DNA of 64,000 bases from Armatimonadota bacterium. Its GTDB lineage: Bacteria; Armatimonadota; SYMT01. The DNA lies in the NCBI GenBank assembly GCA_046292385.1, contig JBKBRF010000012.1, positions 1 through 64,000 on the forward strand, written 5' to 3'. Of this stretch, positions 17,603 to 27,144 are shown one piece after another; within the stretch, counting starts at the first letter, position 1; each line of letters begins with the position of its first letter. The notes beneath the pieces are model-generated. The model was not told where the DNA came from. It ran no database searches and saw only the letters and a program-made list of their open reading frames with translations. Position numbers and translations under genes: made by a program.

Positions 17603-18805
17603 GTGACGGCCTGCCCCCACCATCCCGACCGCGAAGCCACCACGGTGTGCGATTATTGCGGTGGCGCGCACTGCGGCGCCTGCGTGGTGCCGCTGCTCGG
17701 GCGCTCCTACTGCTCCGGCTGCTACCCGCGGGTCTATACCCTCGCTACCGGCAAGACGCTTCCGAAACCGGCGGCGGGCGACGGTCCGGCTGCCGGTTCG
17801 GCAGTCGCCGGCGCGTCCCGTCTCCCGGGGTGGCTCAGCGCGCTGGCGTTCGGCGCCGGTCTCGTCCCGGTGCTGTGGCTCAGCCGCCTCGCCTCCGAAG
17901 CGCCGCTCCAGGCCGTGGCGAGCCTCGCCCGTCGCGCGGGAAACCCGACCGACCCGACCGGCAATCCGCTGGGGACCGAGGGAATCGGACTCGGCGTCTG
18001 GACCGCGCTGCTGTTCATCGCCGCGCTGGGGCCATTCGTCGCCGTCCTGCTCTATACCCACGTCATGGCGCGCGGGGTGGAGCGACAGTCGCTGCTGGCG
18101 CTGGGGCTGGAGTGGCCGCGGCGCGCCGGGCGGACCCTGCTCCTGGGCGGGGGTCTGGCGGCGGCGCTGGCGCTGATCGTCTTCGGCTACGCGGCCGGGA
18201 AGGGCTGGCTACAGGTCGACGCGCGCCTCGGCCTGCCGCAGGCGGTCGCCATGCTCGCCGGCGGAGTGCTCGTACTGCTCCCGCTGGCCCTGCTGGAGGA
18301 GGTGGCGCTGCGGGGCTATCTGCTGCGGAGCCTCGCCCGTTCCGCCGGTCCGGCCGCGGGCGTGGTCGCGGCGGCGCTCGCCTCCGTAGCGCTGCACGCG
18401 GCGAACTCCGGAGATCTCCCGATCACCCTCCCCCGCCTTCTCGGGATCGGACTCTTCGCCCTGGTGCTGGGCGTGGCCGCAGCGGCGACCCGGAACCTGT
18501 GGCTGTCGATCGTGCTCCACGGCGGGTGGCTGTTCGCGCGCGCCGCGCTCTTCGGGGCGGCCGCCTGGGGCTGGATGCTCCCCACTCCGGCGTTCGACGT
18601 GCGAGCTCCCGCGGCCGCGTCCGCCTGGACCGGCGGCATCGCCGGGCCGGAGGCGGGCGCACTCTTCTGGCTGGCGGTTCTTCCCATCCCCCTTCTGATT
18701 CTCCTGCTGCGTCCGCTCCTGATCGGCCAGAAGGAGCTCGCCGCGCCTGCGGTGCCGGAGCCTCCCGCGCGCGCCGTGCCGATCGGTCCCACCGCTCCAC
18801 GCTAG
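17603..18805 (+). CDS. B-box-like Zn finger fused to CPBP (CAAX/Abi) intramembrane metalloprotease
   Basis: CPHHPDREATTVCDYCGGAHCGAC...YCSGC; EEVALRG, H, and HGGW motifs; many TM segments. Confidence 0.8.
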   Translation: MTACPHHPDREATTVCDYCGGAHCGACVVPLLGRSYCSGCYPRVYTLATGKTLPKPAAGDGPAAGSAVAGASRLPGWLSALAFGAGLVPVLWLSRLASEAPLQAVASLARRAGNPTDPTGNPLGTEGIGLGVWTALLFIAALGPFVAVLLYTHVMARGVERQSLLALGLEWPRRAGRTLLLGGGLAAALALIVFGYAAGKGWLQVDARLGLPQAVAMLAGGVLVLLPLALLEEVALRGYLLRSLARSAGPAAGVVAAALASVALHAANSGDLPITLPRLLGIGLFALVLGVAAAATRNLWLSIVLHGGWLFARAALFGAAAWGWMLPTPAFDVRAPAAASAWTGGIAGPEAGALFWLAVLPIPLLILLLRPLLIGQKELAAPAVPEPPARAVPIGPTAPR

Positions 18806-18965
18806 CGCTTGATTGCCACCTCGCTTCGTGCCAAAGTAGGAAGTGAGCGAGCGATCTTGCGCCTTCCGATCGAGCGGATGCTCCCTCGGAAGGTAGAGAA
18901 ACGCCCGGCAGCTAACACTGGTCTGGCGGGCGCCGGTGAGCGTGGTTACGAGGGGGAGCACAGTC

Positions 18966-20858
18966 ATGACCGGTCGGCAGGCAGCAATGGGTGCGGAGTC
19001 TCGTCTCCGCCGATCCCCCTCGTTGATCGCCGCGGTGCTCCTCGTCGTCAGCGCGCTCACGGGCCTGAGCGCGTCGACCTCTGAGCCGGCGGAGAAGGAT
19101 GCGCTCCGCGGACCCGGGGCGAGTGCGGCAGTCGAGCTGACCAACGGAGACGGTGACGGGCGCGCGACCATGCGAGTCGACGCCTACGGCTCCTTCACCG
19201 ACCTGGAGTACGACCCCGTCGGTGAGGTCCCCGCCGCCGGCACCACCTTCTTCTCGGGGCTCTGGTTCAGCGGTATCAACCGCTCGGGCCAGGGCGGGGG
19301 CGGGCTCTACTTGAGCGAGGCGGCCCTGGGCGAGGGGAGCTTCTCGCTGGTGGAGAACACCCGCGCCCGCAGTGAATGGACCCACGCAGGCCTCGCGTTC
19401 GAGCTACTCCAGGAGATGCTGCCCGCCAGCGAGCGCGGAAGCACCTTCCGCCAGGTCTACACCATTCGGAACGCCGCGGAGAGCGAGGTGGCGTTCGACC
19501 TGATCCGCTTCCTGGACGGTGACCTGCGCTTCGACGAGAGCATCTCCGACTTCGGCGGGGTAGCCCAGGGCGGACAGCTCCTGTTCGAGTTCGACTCCGG
19601 CCAGAACCCTTCGGCGCCCACCACCTTCCTCGGCATCGACATGGACGGCGCCGCGAACCTGGGCTACCGGGTGGCGCAGTACCCCTTCGCCCCCACCATC
19701 TCCTCGCGGGGTGCCGCCGCGCTGAACAACACCCTTACCTTCGGCTCCGGCAACACCCAGAACGCCGACACCGACGGCGACGGCATCACCGATTCCGGCT
19801 ACGACGTCACGCTCTCGATGGGACGGTCGTTCCAACTCCAGCCCGGGCAGATAGTCCGGCTGATAGTGAACACGATCATGGGAGAAGGCGCGCCGACGGA
19901 GGTGGTGGTGGCGCCCAGCAACCTCTCCGCGGAGCCGGTGGCGGGACCCGCGGTAGAGCTCCGCTGGACCGACAACAGCACCGGCGAGCTCGGGTTCATC
20001 GTGGAGCGCAAGGCCGGCGCCCCGGATACGTCCGGCCAGTTCGCCGTCATCGGCCAGGCCGGACCGGACGCGGAGAGCTTCCGGGATAACGAGGTGACCG
20101 GCGGACGCACTTACACCTACCGGGTGAAAGCGTTCTTCAGCGAAGGGGAGACGGTCTACTCCGACGTCGCGACCGCCACCGTGCCGGAGCCGAACCTGCC
20201 GCCGGGCTTCGTCGGCCCGACCCCGGACCGCCGCTCACCCTTCTTCCTCCGCCCGCGCCAGGCGCTGGAGTTTACGATCCGCGCCGACGATCCCAACTCC
20301 GGCGACCCGGTAAAGCTGGAGGTGAGCGGTCTCCCCGCCACCGCCCGACAGAGCCCCGCGCTACCGGCGGTGGGCAATCCCGTCGCCAGCACCTTTACCT
20401 GGAACCTTTCGCCGGAGGACGCCGGCATCTACGAGCTGCTCTACACCGCCACGGATGCCTCCGAGCTGTCCGTCCAGCGCTTGATCCGGCTCGTGGTGAA
20501 CCGGATCGGGGTCTGCTTCGAAGGCGAGATCGACGGCTCCGAGCCGGTGAAGATCGACGGGTTCGCCCGGCTCCGCTACCGCGGCTCGAAGATCGACGGC
20601 GGCCTGACGGCAATCCACAAGCGGCGCAAACAGACGCTCCGCAGCACCTCCATCACGCGCCTGACGATCAACGGCCGCGTCTCCACGGTCGAAGGCACCG
20701 CCAAGATCAACGGCAAGCGCGGCCACACCTTCAAGCTGGTGGTGACGGAGAACGGCCCCGGCCCGAAAGACCGCCTGGAGACGCTGGTGGTGGACGGCGA
20801 GACGTGGGGCGCCGGGCGCCTGGTCCGCAAAGGCGACGTCCACTTCCACGCGCCGTAG
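18966..20858 (+). CDS. Secreted protein with fibronectin type III and Ig/cadherin-like domains
   Basis: Signal peptide; APSNLSA...LRWTDNSTGELGFIVER...YTYRVKA FN3; acidic DTDGDGITD motif; start uncertain. Confidence 0.75.
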   Translation: MTGRQAAMGAESRLRRSPSLIAAVLLVVSALTGLSASTSEPAEKDALRGPGASAAVELTNGDGDGRATMRVDAYGSFTDLEYDPVGEVPAAGTTFFSGLWFSGINRSGQGGGGLYLSEAALGEGSFSLVENTRARSEWTHAGLAFELLQEMLPASERGSTFRQVYTIRNAAESEVAFDLIRFLDGDLRFDESISDFGGVAQGGQLLFEFDSGQNPSAPTTFLGIDMDGAANLGYRVAQYPFAPTISSRGAAALNNTLTFGSGNTQNADTDGDGITDSGYDVTLSMGRSFQLQPGQIVRLIVNTIMGEGAPTEVVVAPSNLSAEPVAGPAVELRWTDNSTGELGFIVERKAGAPDTSGQFAVIGQAGPDAESFRDNEVTGGRTYTYRVKAFFSEGETVYSDVATATVPEPNLPPGFVGPTPDRRSPFFLRPRQALEFTIRADDPNSGDPVKLEVSGLPATARQSPALPAVGNPVASTFTWNLSPEDAGIYELLYTATDASELSVQRLIRLVVNRIGVCFEGEIDGSEPVKIDGFARLRYRGSKIDGGLTAIHKRRKQTLRSTSITRLTINGRVSTVEGTAKINGKRGHTFKLVVTENGPGPKDRLETLVVDGETWGAGRLVRKGDVHFHAP

Positions 20859-20952
20859 CCCGAGGCGGATGGACGAGGGCCTCAACGAGGCCGTCACGCG
20901 GCCTTGCCCATCCGTTCGTCTCCGGCTAAGCTCAGCGTAGGAGCCAGGACCC

Positions 20953-21255
20953 ATGGCATCTCACACGATCAAGGTTACCGGCGTGAGCGACGAGCTGCTC
21001 CGCCTGCTGGACGAGCGGATCCGCGCCAAGCACGCGACCGGCCGCGCCGAGTACATCCGAGAGCTGATCCGTCAGGACGTGCTGGCGAGCGAGAACGCGG
21101 GAGCGCGTCGGACGTTCCGTGAGATCGTGGAGCCGGTCCACGCGGCCGCACCGCCGGACGAGACGGAGGCGGAGAGTGAAGAGTTTGTAGACGAGCTGAT
21201 CGCCACCGTACGACGCGAGCGGCGGGAAGGCAGCGCAAGGCGCGGCGCTGCGTGA
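20953..21255 (+). CDS. Ribbon-helix-helix antitoxin
   Basis: TIKVTGVSDELLRLLDER...RAEYIRELIR; acidic C-terminal half; AGGAG upstream; stop overlaps the next GTG. Confidence 0.75.
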   Translation: MASHTIKVTGVSDELLRLLDERIRAKHATGRAEYIRELIRQDVLASENAGARRTFREIVEPVHAAAPPDETEAESEEFVDELIATVRRERREGSARRGAA

Positions 21256-21756
21256 GCCAGGCGCAGGCATCTCGCCCGCGCGTCGTATTTTGACTGCGGC
21301 GTTTTCCTGCAGGCAGTCTTGCGTCGTACCGCCCCTGCAGGCGCCTGCCTGGACCGGGTGGATCAGGGTCTCGTCGAGCTCGTCATCAGCGAGGCGGTTT
21401 TCGCCGAGATCCAGGAAGTACTCGAGCGGCCGGAGCTAAAACCACGACGGCAGGGACGGCTCACTTCGCTGATGACTGATGAGATCCTGGACTGGATCCG
21501 AACTCACTCGACTCTCGTGACGGACGTGCCGCGAGGTTTTTGGTACCCGCGGGACCCCGGTGACGAACCGTACCTCGATCTCGCCATCGCCGCTGGGGCG
21601 CGCTACCTCGTCTCCCGGGACAGGGACGTCCTGGATCTGCAAGCCCCGGATTCGCGTCCCAGTCAGGAGCTACGCGCGGTCGCGCCGGACCTGACTATCC
21701 TGGACCCGGTAGAGTTCCTTCGGGAGATCCACCGGACTGGGACGGAGCGGCCGTAG
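21252..21756 (+). pseudogene. PIN-domain toxin interrupted by a +1 frameshift at TTT-TGA-C (21288-21294)
   Basis: Frame from GTG 21252 reads ...PRVVF*; the +1 frame continues DCGVFLQAVL...E...RDPGD...YLVSRDRD; joined they give a complete PIN domain. Confidence 0.8.
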
Positions 21757-21772
21757 CGCCTGGCAGGCCGCG

Positions 21773-24403
21773 CTACATGACCGACTTCACCAGCGCGACC
21801 ACCTCTTCTCCGTAGGCGTGAAGCTTGGAGCGGCCGACGCCGGGGATGTCCGAGAGGGCGGAGAGGGAGCGGGGCTGCTCGGTGGCGATGGCGTAGAGCA
21901 CCCGGTCGTGGAAGATGACGTACGCGGGCACGCCTTCCTCGCGCGCCTTCTCCCGCCGCCACGCGCGCAGCAGCTCGAAGAGGGCGCTCTCCTGGTCCGT
22001 GGTGGGATGGAGCGCGGGAGCGCGGCTCGAGTCCCGGGCGCGGACCCCGGCCTCCGACTTCCGCCCGGAGCGGCAGTTGTCGCAGGCGCCGCAGCTCTCT
22101 TCGGCGGCGCCGCCGAAATAGCGGGCCACGAACTGCTGGCGGCATTCGTGCGTGGTGAGGTACTCGTTCAGCAGGCGGCGGCGCGCTTCGTCGCGCTGGC
22201 CCATCTCCTCCAGCTCCTTGCGCAGGTCGGCGGCGAGGTCGCGGCTGCCGGGGGCGCAGCGAAGGCCCATCCCGCGGGCGTTGGGCCGGTAGCGGACCCA
22301 GCCGGATGCCTGCCACGAGAGCAGGGTCTCTTCCGCTGACCAGGAGTCGGCTCCGAGCGCCGAGGCGAGGCGCTCCAGCGGCACCACGGCGGCGGCTCCC
22401 GGGCGCTGCAGTCCGACCGCCTCCATCACACCGCGGAAGGCATCGTCCCCACCCGATTGCCGCGCGATCCAGGCGGCGGCCGGAAGGTCGTAGCCCCGCT
22501 CCAGCGCGCCGAGCCGCTCCAGCAGGCTGATCCCGACCCGCAGCCGGGTCGGCTCCTGCTCGCACTCCCGCGCCAGCTCTTCGGCGGAGATCGGGCCGGC
22601 GCCGAAGCGGCTCCGCCGGGTGATGTTCCGGTGGAGGGAGAGCAGCTCCCCGGGGTTGATCAGGTCCATCTTGCCGCGGCGGGTCAGGTTGCTGCGGTCG
22701 TGCGAGGTATAGAGCAGCACGCAGCGCGCGGGCAGCCCGTCCCGCCCCGCGCGTCCCGCTTCCTGGTAGTAGGCCTCCAGGCAGGAAGAGAGATTGTAGT
22801 GCACCACCAGACGGACGTCGGCCTTGTCGACTCCCATCCCGAACGCCACGGTCGCCGCGATGACGCGGGTCTGGCCGAGCATGAAGCGGGTCTGGGTGGC
22901 GGCGCGGAGATCCGGCGGCAGTCCCGCGTGGTAGGCCTCCGTGGGAACCCCTTCCTGCCGCAGGCGGTCCGCCAGCTCTTCCGCCATCTTGCGGCGGTCG
23001 ACGTAAATGATCGCCGGTCCGCTCTCAGCGGCGAGGAGCTCCTGGAGCGCCTGCCACTTGTCCCCCGTGCCCGGGAGCCGCTGGACCGAGAAGCTGAGGT
23101 TCGGTCGCATCGTGCCGAGGTTGACGGTGCGGAACTGAACCCCGAGCTGGCGGCCGATATCTTCCTGCATCGGCGGCGTGGCCGTGGCGGTGAGCGCGAG
23201 CACGTTAGGGCGGCCGAGATCGTCCAGCACGCGGCTGATGAAGAAGTAGTCGGGGCGGAAGTCGTGCCCCCAGAGCGAGACGCAGTGCGCCTCGTCGATG
23301 ACGAAGAGAGAGACCCCGCGCTCCTGGAGCATGCGGACGAAGGCGCGCTGGCGAAGCCGCTCCGGCGCGGCGTAGACGAGCGACACCTCGCCGCGCGCGA
23401 CCGCTTCCATCCGCCGCTCCGCCTCCCCCGGCTCCAGAGAGCTGTTGATCAGCGTGGCGCGGCGGTAGAGGGCGGGCGGCAGGCCCTCCACCTGGTCTTT
23501 CATCAGGGCGATGAGCGGGGAGATCACCACCGTGGCGCCGGGCAGCAGCGCCGCGGGGAGCTGGAAACAGAGCGACTTCCCGGCGCCGGTCGGCATCAGC
23601 CCCAGCACGGCCTCCCCGCGCATCAGCGGCTGGATCACCTCCAGCTGCCCGTTCCGGAACTCGTCGTAGCCGAAGACCTGCTGCAGCGCGGCCCGGAGGC
23701 CTTCGGGGTCGGTCGGGGGCGGTCCGCTAGGAAGCGCGGCGGCGCCGTCGGCCGCGGCCAGGCCCAACGCCTCCAACAGCTCCCGGCGGTCTTCATCCAG
23801 AAGCGTCTCGAGCGTGTAGGCAGCGCCGCCGGTCTCCGTGCCCAGCACCCGGAACGCCTCCAGCCGCACCTGCTCCGCCTCGGGGTCGCCCGGCGCGGCA
23901 CTCTCCAGGAACGCCAGCGCCTTGCGTGGATCGCCGAGTGCGAGGCTCACGCGCGCCCGGCCGACCGGGTCGCCGGCCGCCCGGAACCGCTCGTCCGCGC
24001 GGTGGGGCCGCTCCATCGCCAGGAACACCTCACCGACCGCGCGGTTTCCCCACGACTCCGCCCCCGGCAGGTTCACCAGGTCGCGGGCGAGGTTGCGCGC
24101 CTCCTCCAGCCGCCCCGCGGCGAGCAAGGCGCGGCAGCGGTCGTACCCGTCCCGCGGGCCGGCGTCCGCCGCCGGCAGGATCTCCAGCGACGGCGCGCCG
24201 CCGCCCCAGCGGAGCAGGAAGCGCGCCACCCTCCTCCGTAGGCCGTCGGGCAGGGTCGAGACCTCCTCGGGCGTGAGGCCGAGCGATTCCAGGCAAACTT
24301 CAGCACCGGCGGGCGCGCGAGTGGTCACAGGCAGAGCGGTTCCCGGGGACGAGACGGAGTGGAGCGGCAGCCGCATGATGCCGTACCACGGCGGTAGAGG
24401 CAA
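21773..24403 (-). CDS. recQ: RecQ-family helicase with N-terminal helical extension and C-terminal HRDC
   Basis: MPTGAGKSLCFQ, IDEAHCVSLWGHDFRPDY, ATVAFGMGVDK, YYQEAGRAGRDG, CRQ...CGACDNC, VPAYVIFHD; start uncertain. Confidence 0.9.
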   Translation of the reverse strand: MPLPPWYGIMRLPLHSVSSPGTALPVTTRAPAGAEVCLESLGLTPEEVSTLPDGLRRRVARFLLRWGGGAPSLEILPAADAGPRDGYDRCRALLAAGRLEEARNLARDLVNLPGAESWGNRAVGEVFLAMERPHRADERFRAAGDPVGRARVSLALGDPRKALAFLESAAPGDPEAEQVRLEAFRVLGTETGGAAYTLETLLDEDRRELLEALGLAAADGAAALPSGPPPTDPEGLRAALQQVFGYDEFRNGQLEVIQPLMRGEAVLGLMPTGAGKSLCFQLPAALLPGATVVISPLIALMKDQVEGLPPALYRRATLINSSLEPGEAERRMEAVARGEVSLVYAAPERLRQRAFVRMLQERGVSLFVIDEAHCVSLWGHDFRPDYFFISRVLDDLGRPNVLALTATATPPMQEDIGRQLGVQFRTVNLGTMRPNLSFSVQRLPGTGDKWQALQELLAAESGPAIIYVDRRKMAEELADRLRQEGVPTEAYHAGLPPDLRAATQTRFMLGQTRVIAATVAFGMGVDKADVRLVVHYNLSSCLEAYYQEAGRAGRDGLPARCVLLYTSHDRSNLTRRGKMDLINPGELLSLHRNITRRSRFGAGPISAEELARECEQEPTRLRVGISLLERLGALERGYDLPAAAWIARQSGGDDAFRGVMEAVGLQRPGAAAVVPLERLASALGADSWSAEETLLSWQASGWVRYRPNARGMGLRCAPGSRDLAADLRKELEEMGQRDEARRRLLNEYLTTHECRQQFVARYFGGAAEESCGACDNCRSGRKSEAGVRARDSSRAPALHPTTDQESALFELLRAWRREKAREEGVPAYVIFHDRVLYAIATEQPRSLSALSDIPGVGRSKLHAYGEEVVALVKSVM

Positions 24404-24542
24404 GCCGTTTACGGGGCAGTCGAGCCGCTGCGAGGTACGAAGGGGGCAGCGAGCGGACGGTTACTGCAGGGCAACGTTCCATCCCCCTGTCTCCCTCCTA
24501 TCCCCCATCCCCTTTTCTTACACTCCCCTCGTACAACCCGGA

Positions 24543-24571
24543 TTGACAAGCCGCGGAGCCGTTGGTACAAT
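24543..24571 (+). promoter_or_regulatory. Sigma70 promoter of tRNA-Ser
   Basis: TTGACA-17 nt-TACAAT. Confidence 0.85.
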
Positions 24572-24586
24572 CGGGGCGAAACACAC

Positions 24587-24674
24587 GGAGCGATGTCCGA
24601 GCTGGCTGAAGGAACACGCCTGGAACGCGTGTAAGGGGGAAACCTCTTCCTGGGTTCGAATCCCAGTCGCTCCG
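24587..24674 (+). tRNA. tRNA-Ser(GGA)
   Basis: Acceptor GGAGCGA/TCGCTCC, anticodon arm CACGC-CTGGAAC-GCGTG, long variable arm, GGTTCGAATCC; no encoded CCA. Confidence 0.95.
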
Positions 24675-24735
24675 CTCATACCTCCCTCTTTTACTCGGCG
24701 ACCGCCGCGCCTCGCGCACCGGTCGCCGTTTTCTT

Positions 24736-25899
24736 TTGACCGACGTGGCACTCCCCCGCGCAGCGGCCCCCGGCTCCGGCGACCGCGTTCTCCTCGTCGC
24801 GCCGCATCCGGACGACGAGGCGATCGCCCTGGGCGGCCTGCTCCACGAGGCGGGACGGAGCGGGGCGGAGGTCCGGATCGCGTTCCTGACGGACGGCGAC
24901 GGGTTCCCGGCCTGCGCCCCCCTGCGCGGCTGGCTGCCGGATCGCTCGGCGATGCGCGCCCTCGGCCGGCTCCGCCGCGAGGAAGCCGTCCGTTCGGCGG
25001 CGCACCTCGGCATCCCGCCGGAGCGACTGACGTTTCTTGGCCTTCCGGACCGCGGCCTGGCGCCGCTCTGGATTCGCTGCTGGGGCTCCAGCACCCCTTA
25101 CACCTCACCCTACACCGGCTCTACCATCTGGGGTGCGACGGTCCTCGCGCAGGTCGAGGAGTTGCTCCGGACCGCGCGGCCGACCCACCTCTACTTTCCG
25201 GACGCGCTGGACGACCATCCGGACCACTGGGCCGCCTACTGCTTCGTCCGCGCGGCACTCGCGCGGCTGGAGCCGTCCGCCGCGCCGTGCTGGCGCACCT
25301 ACCTCGTCCACCGGGGGGTGTGGCCCCGGCCGCTGGGAGACTTCCCCACGCGGTCCCTCACGCCTCCTCCGGAACTGGCATTCCTGCGCCTGAAGTGGGA
25401 GAGCTTTCCGCTCACCGGGCCGGCGCTGGCTGCCAAGCGCGCCGCGGTACTGGCGCACCGCAGCCAGCAGCGCCTCGCGGGGCGGTTCTTGCGCTCGTTC
25501 TTGCGCGCGGACGAGCTGCTGATCGCGCCGCGCGACCGGCTGGCGTGCGGCGACGAAGCACCCGAGCCGGTGCGTGACCGTCCCGGACGCGCGCTGCTGC
25601 CGGGCGCAGACATCCGCTCGCTGCAGGTCGATCGCCATGCCGCCGGCTCAATCGTGAGGGTCCGTCTCCGCGGCGCGGTGGTGCCGGGACTGCGCTACCG
25701 GCTTTACGTGAAGCCACTCTCGGGCGCTATAGGGGAAATGGAGACTCGCCAGGTTGCCATGCAGCCACGCGATGGTGAGCTCAAGGGGGTGCTGCCGGAG
25801 GAGGCGGATGCGGCGGGAGGAGCGGTCCTGCTCGGCGCGGAGGTGTGGCTGGGACCGGTGCTGCTCGACCGCACCGCCTGGCACCTCTGGCGGTGGTGA
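24736..25899 (+). CDS. PIG-L/LmbE-family deacetylase
   Basis: VAPHPDDE, LTDGD, RREEA, LGLPD, DDHPDH, HRSQ; start uncertain. Confidence 0.85.
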   Translation: MTDVALPRAAAPGSGDRVLLVAPHPDDEAIALGGLLHEAGRSGAEVRIAFLTDGDGFPACAPLRGWLPDRSAMRALGRLRREEAVRSAAHLGIPPERLTFLGLPDRGLAPLWIRCWGSSTPYTSPYTGSTIWGATVLAQVEELLRTARPTHLYFPDALDDHPDHWAAYCFVRAALARLEPSAAPCWRTYLVHRGVWPRPLGDFPTRSLTPPPELAFLRLKWESFPLTGPALAAKRAAVLAHRSQQRLAGRFLRSFLRADELLIAPRDRLACGDEAPEPVRDRPGRALLPGADIRSLQVDRHAAGSIVRVRLRGAVVPGLRYRLYVKPLSGAIGEMETRQVAMQPRDGELKGVLPEEADAAGGAVLLGAEVWLGPVLLDRTAWHLWRW

Positions 25900-26058
25900 G
25901 AAGAGCCGGGATGGAGGTGCTCCGTCACGCCTCCGGGGCGAGGAGCAGCCAAACGGTGCCCGGCACCTCAGCCCGCGCAGGTATAGCCCCTGTACGGGGG
26001 CCGGGCTTTGCTCTCTGTAGCCTCGACTTCAGTCGCAGGCGGCACGGTGCTCCACGAT

Positions 26059-26877
26059 TCAACACCGCTCCACGGCGACTTCTTCCAGCGCAATCTGCTC
26101 TACGTGAGGGGAGACATCCTGCGTCATGATCGCGCTGGCGATCTCGATGAACTTGTAGGAGGCGTCGGTGACGTAAAAGCGGTGGCGCGGCTCGCCCCGG
26201 CGGCGCAGGCCGCGGCGGTCGAGCTCTTCCGCCAGCACCCGGACGGTCGGCTCCGCCGAATCGATCAGGCGGACCTCCGGACCCATCACTTTGCCGACCA
26301 CGTCTTTAAGGAGCGGGTAATGCGTGCAGCCGAGGATCAGCACGTCCGGACGCTCGGCTTCGAAGGCGCGCAGGTACTCGCGCGCCATCAGCTCCGCCAC
26401 CGGATGGTCCTGAAGGTTTTCCTCCGCGATCGGCACGAAGAGCGGGCACTCCCGGCCGGAGACCTCTACGTCGCCCCGTATGCCGCGCGCCAGCTCCCGG
26501 TAGATGCCGCTGCGGACGGTGGTGACCGTCCCGATAACGCCGAGCCGGCCGGTGCGGGTGGCGGCCACCGCGGCGCGGACGGTCGGATCGATGACGTCGA
26601 TTACGGGAACCGGAGACATCCGGCGGATGTCTTCTCCCGCGATGGCGGATATGCTGTTGCAGGCGATGACGAGGGCCTTCACTCCCCGGTCAAGCAGGAA
26701 GCCGGCAAGCTCTCTGGCGAACCGACGGATAGTTTCCTGCCCGCGCGGGCCGTATGGAACCCGTGCGGTGTCTCCGAGATAGAGCACGCTCTCCTCCGGG
26801 AGCTGGCGGAGCACCTCCCGCGCGACGGTGAGACCGCCCACCCCCGAGTCAAAAACGCCAATCGGTAGCTCGTTCAC
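26059..26877 (-). CDS. murI: Glutamate racemase
   Basis: IGVFDSGVGGLTV, PYG, IACNS, ILGCTHYP. Confidence 0.95.
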   Translation of the reverse strand: MNELPIGVFDSGVGGLTVAREVLRQLPEESVLYLGDTARVPYGPRGQETIRRFARELAGFLLDRGVKALVIACNSISAIAGEDIRRMSPVPVIDVIDPTVRAAVAATRTGRLGVIGTVTTVRSGIYRELARGIRGDVEVSGRECPLFVPIAEENLQDHPVAELMAREYLRAFEAERPDVLILGCTHYPLLKDVVGKVMGPEVRLIDSAEPTVRVLAEELDRRGLRRRGEPRHRFYVTDASYKFIEIASAIMTQDVSPHVEQIALEEVAVERC

Positions 26878-27144
26878 CCTCTGCGCTCCTGCCGGCTCCG
26901 CCGGAACGTTCGTTCGAACCCACAGCCTGGGTAGTACCCAGCCGGGGAATGCCGGGAAAGTCTACCCTCTCGCGGCCGAAGAGACGACAATCCGGAAGAG
27001 CCGGAGCAGCCGGGGAGCGGCGGGGGTCACTGGCCCCGCGGGCCGTCTCCCGCGATAATCGAGTCAGGTGCTCCGGGCGCGGTGGCGCTCGGAGACGGAC
27101 CGGAGCGGGCGGGGAAGTCCCCGGCGTCCGGTCGGGAGGACACC

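Noticed and set aside
24587..24735. Integrated element at tRNA-Ser
   Set aside because: No integrase or duplicated tRNA 3' end nearby.
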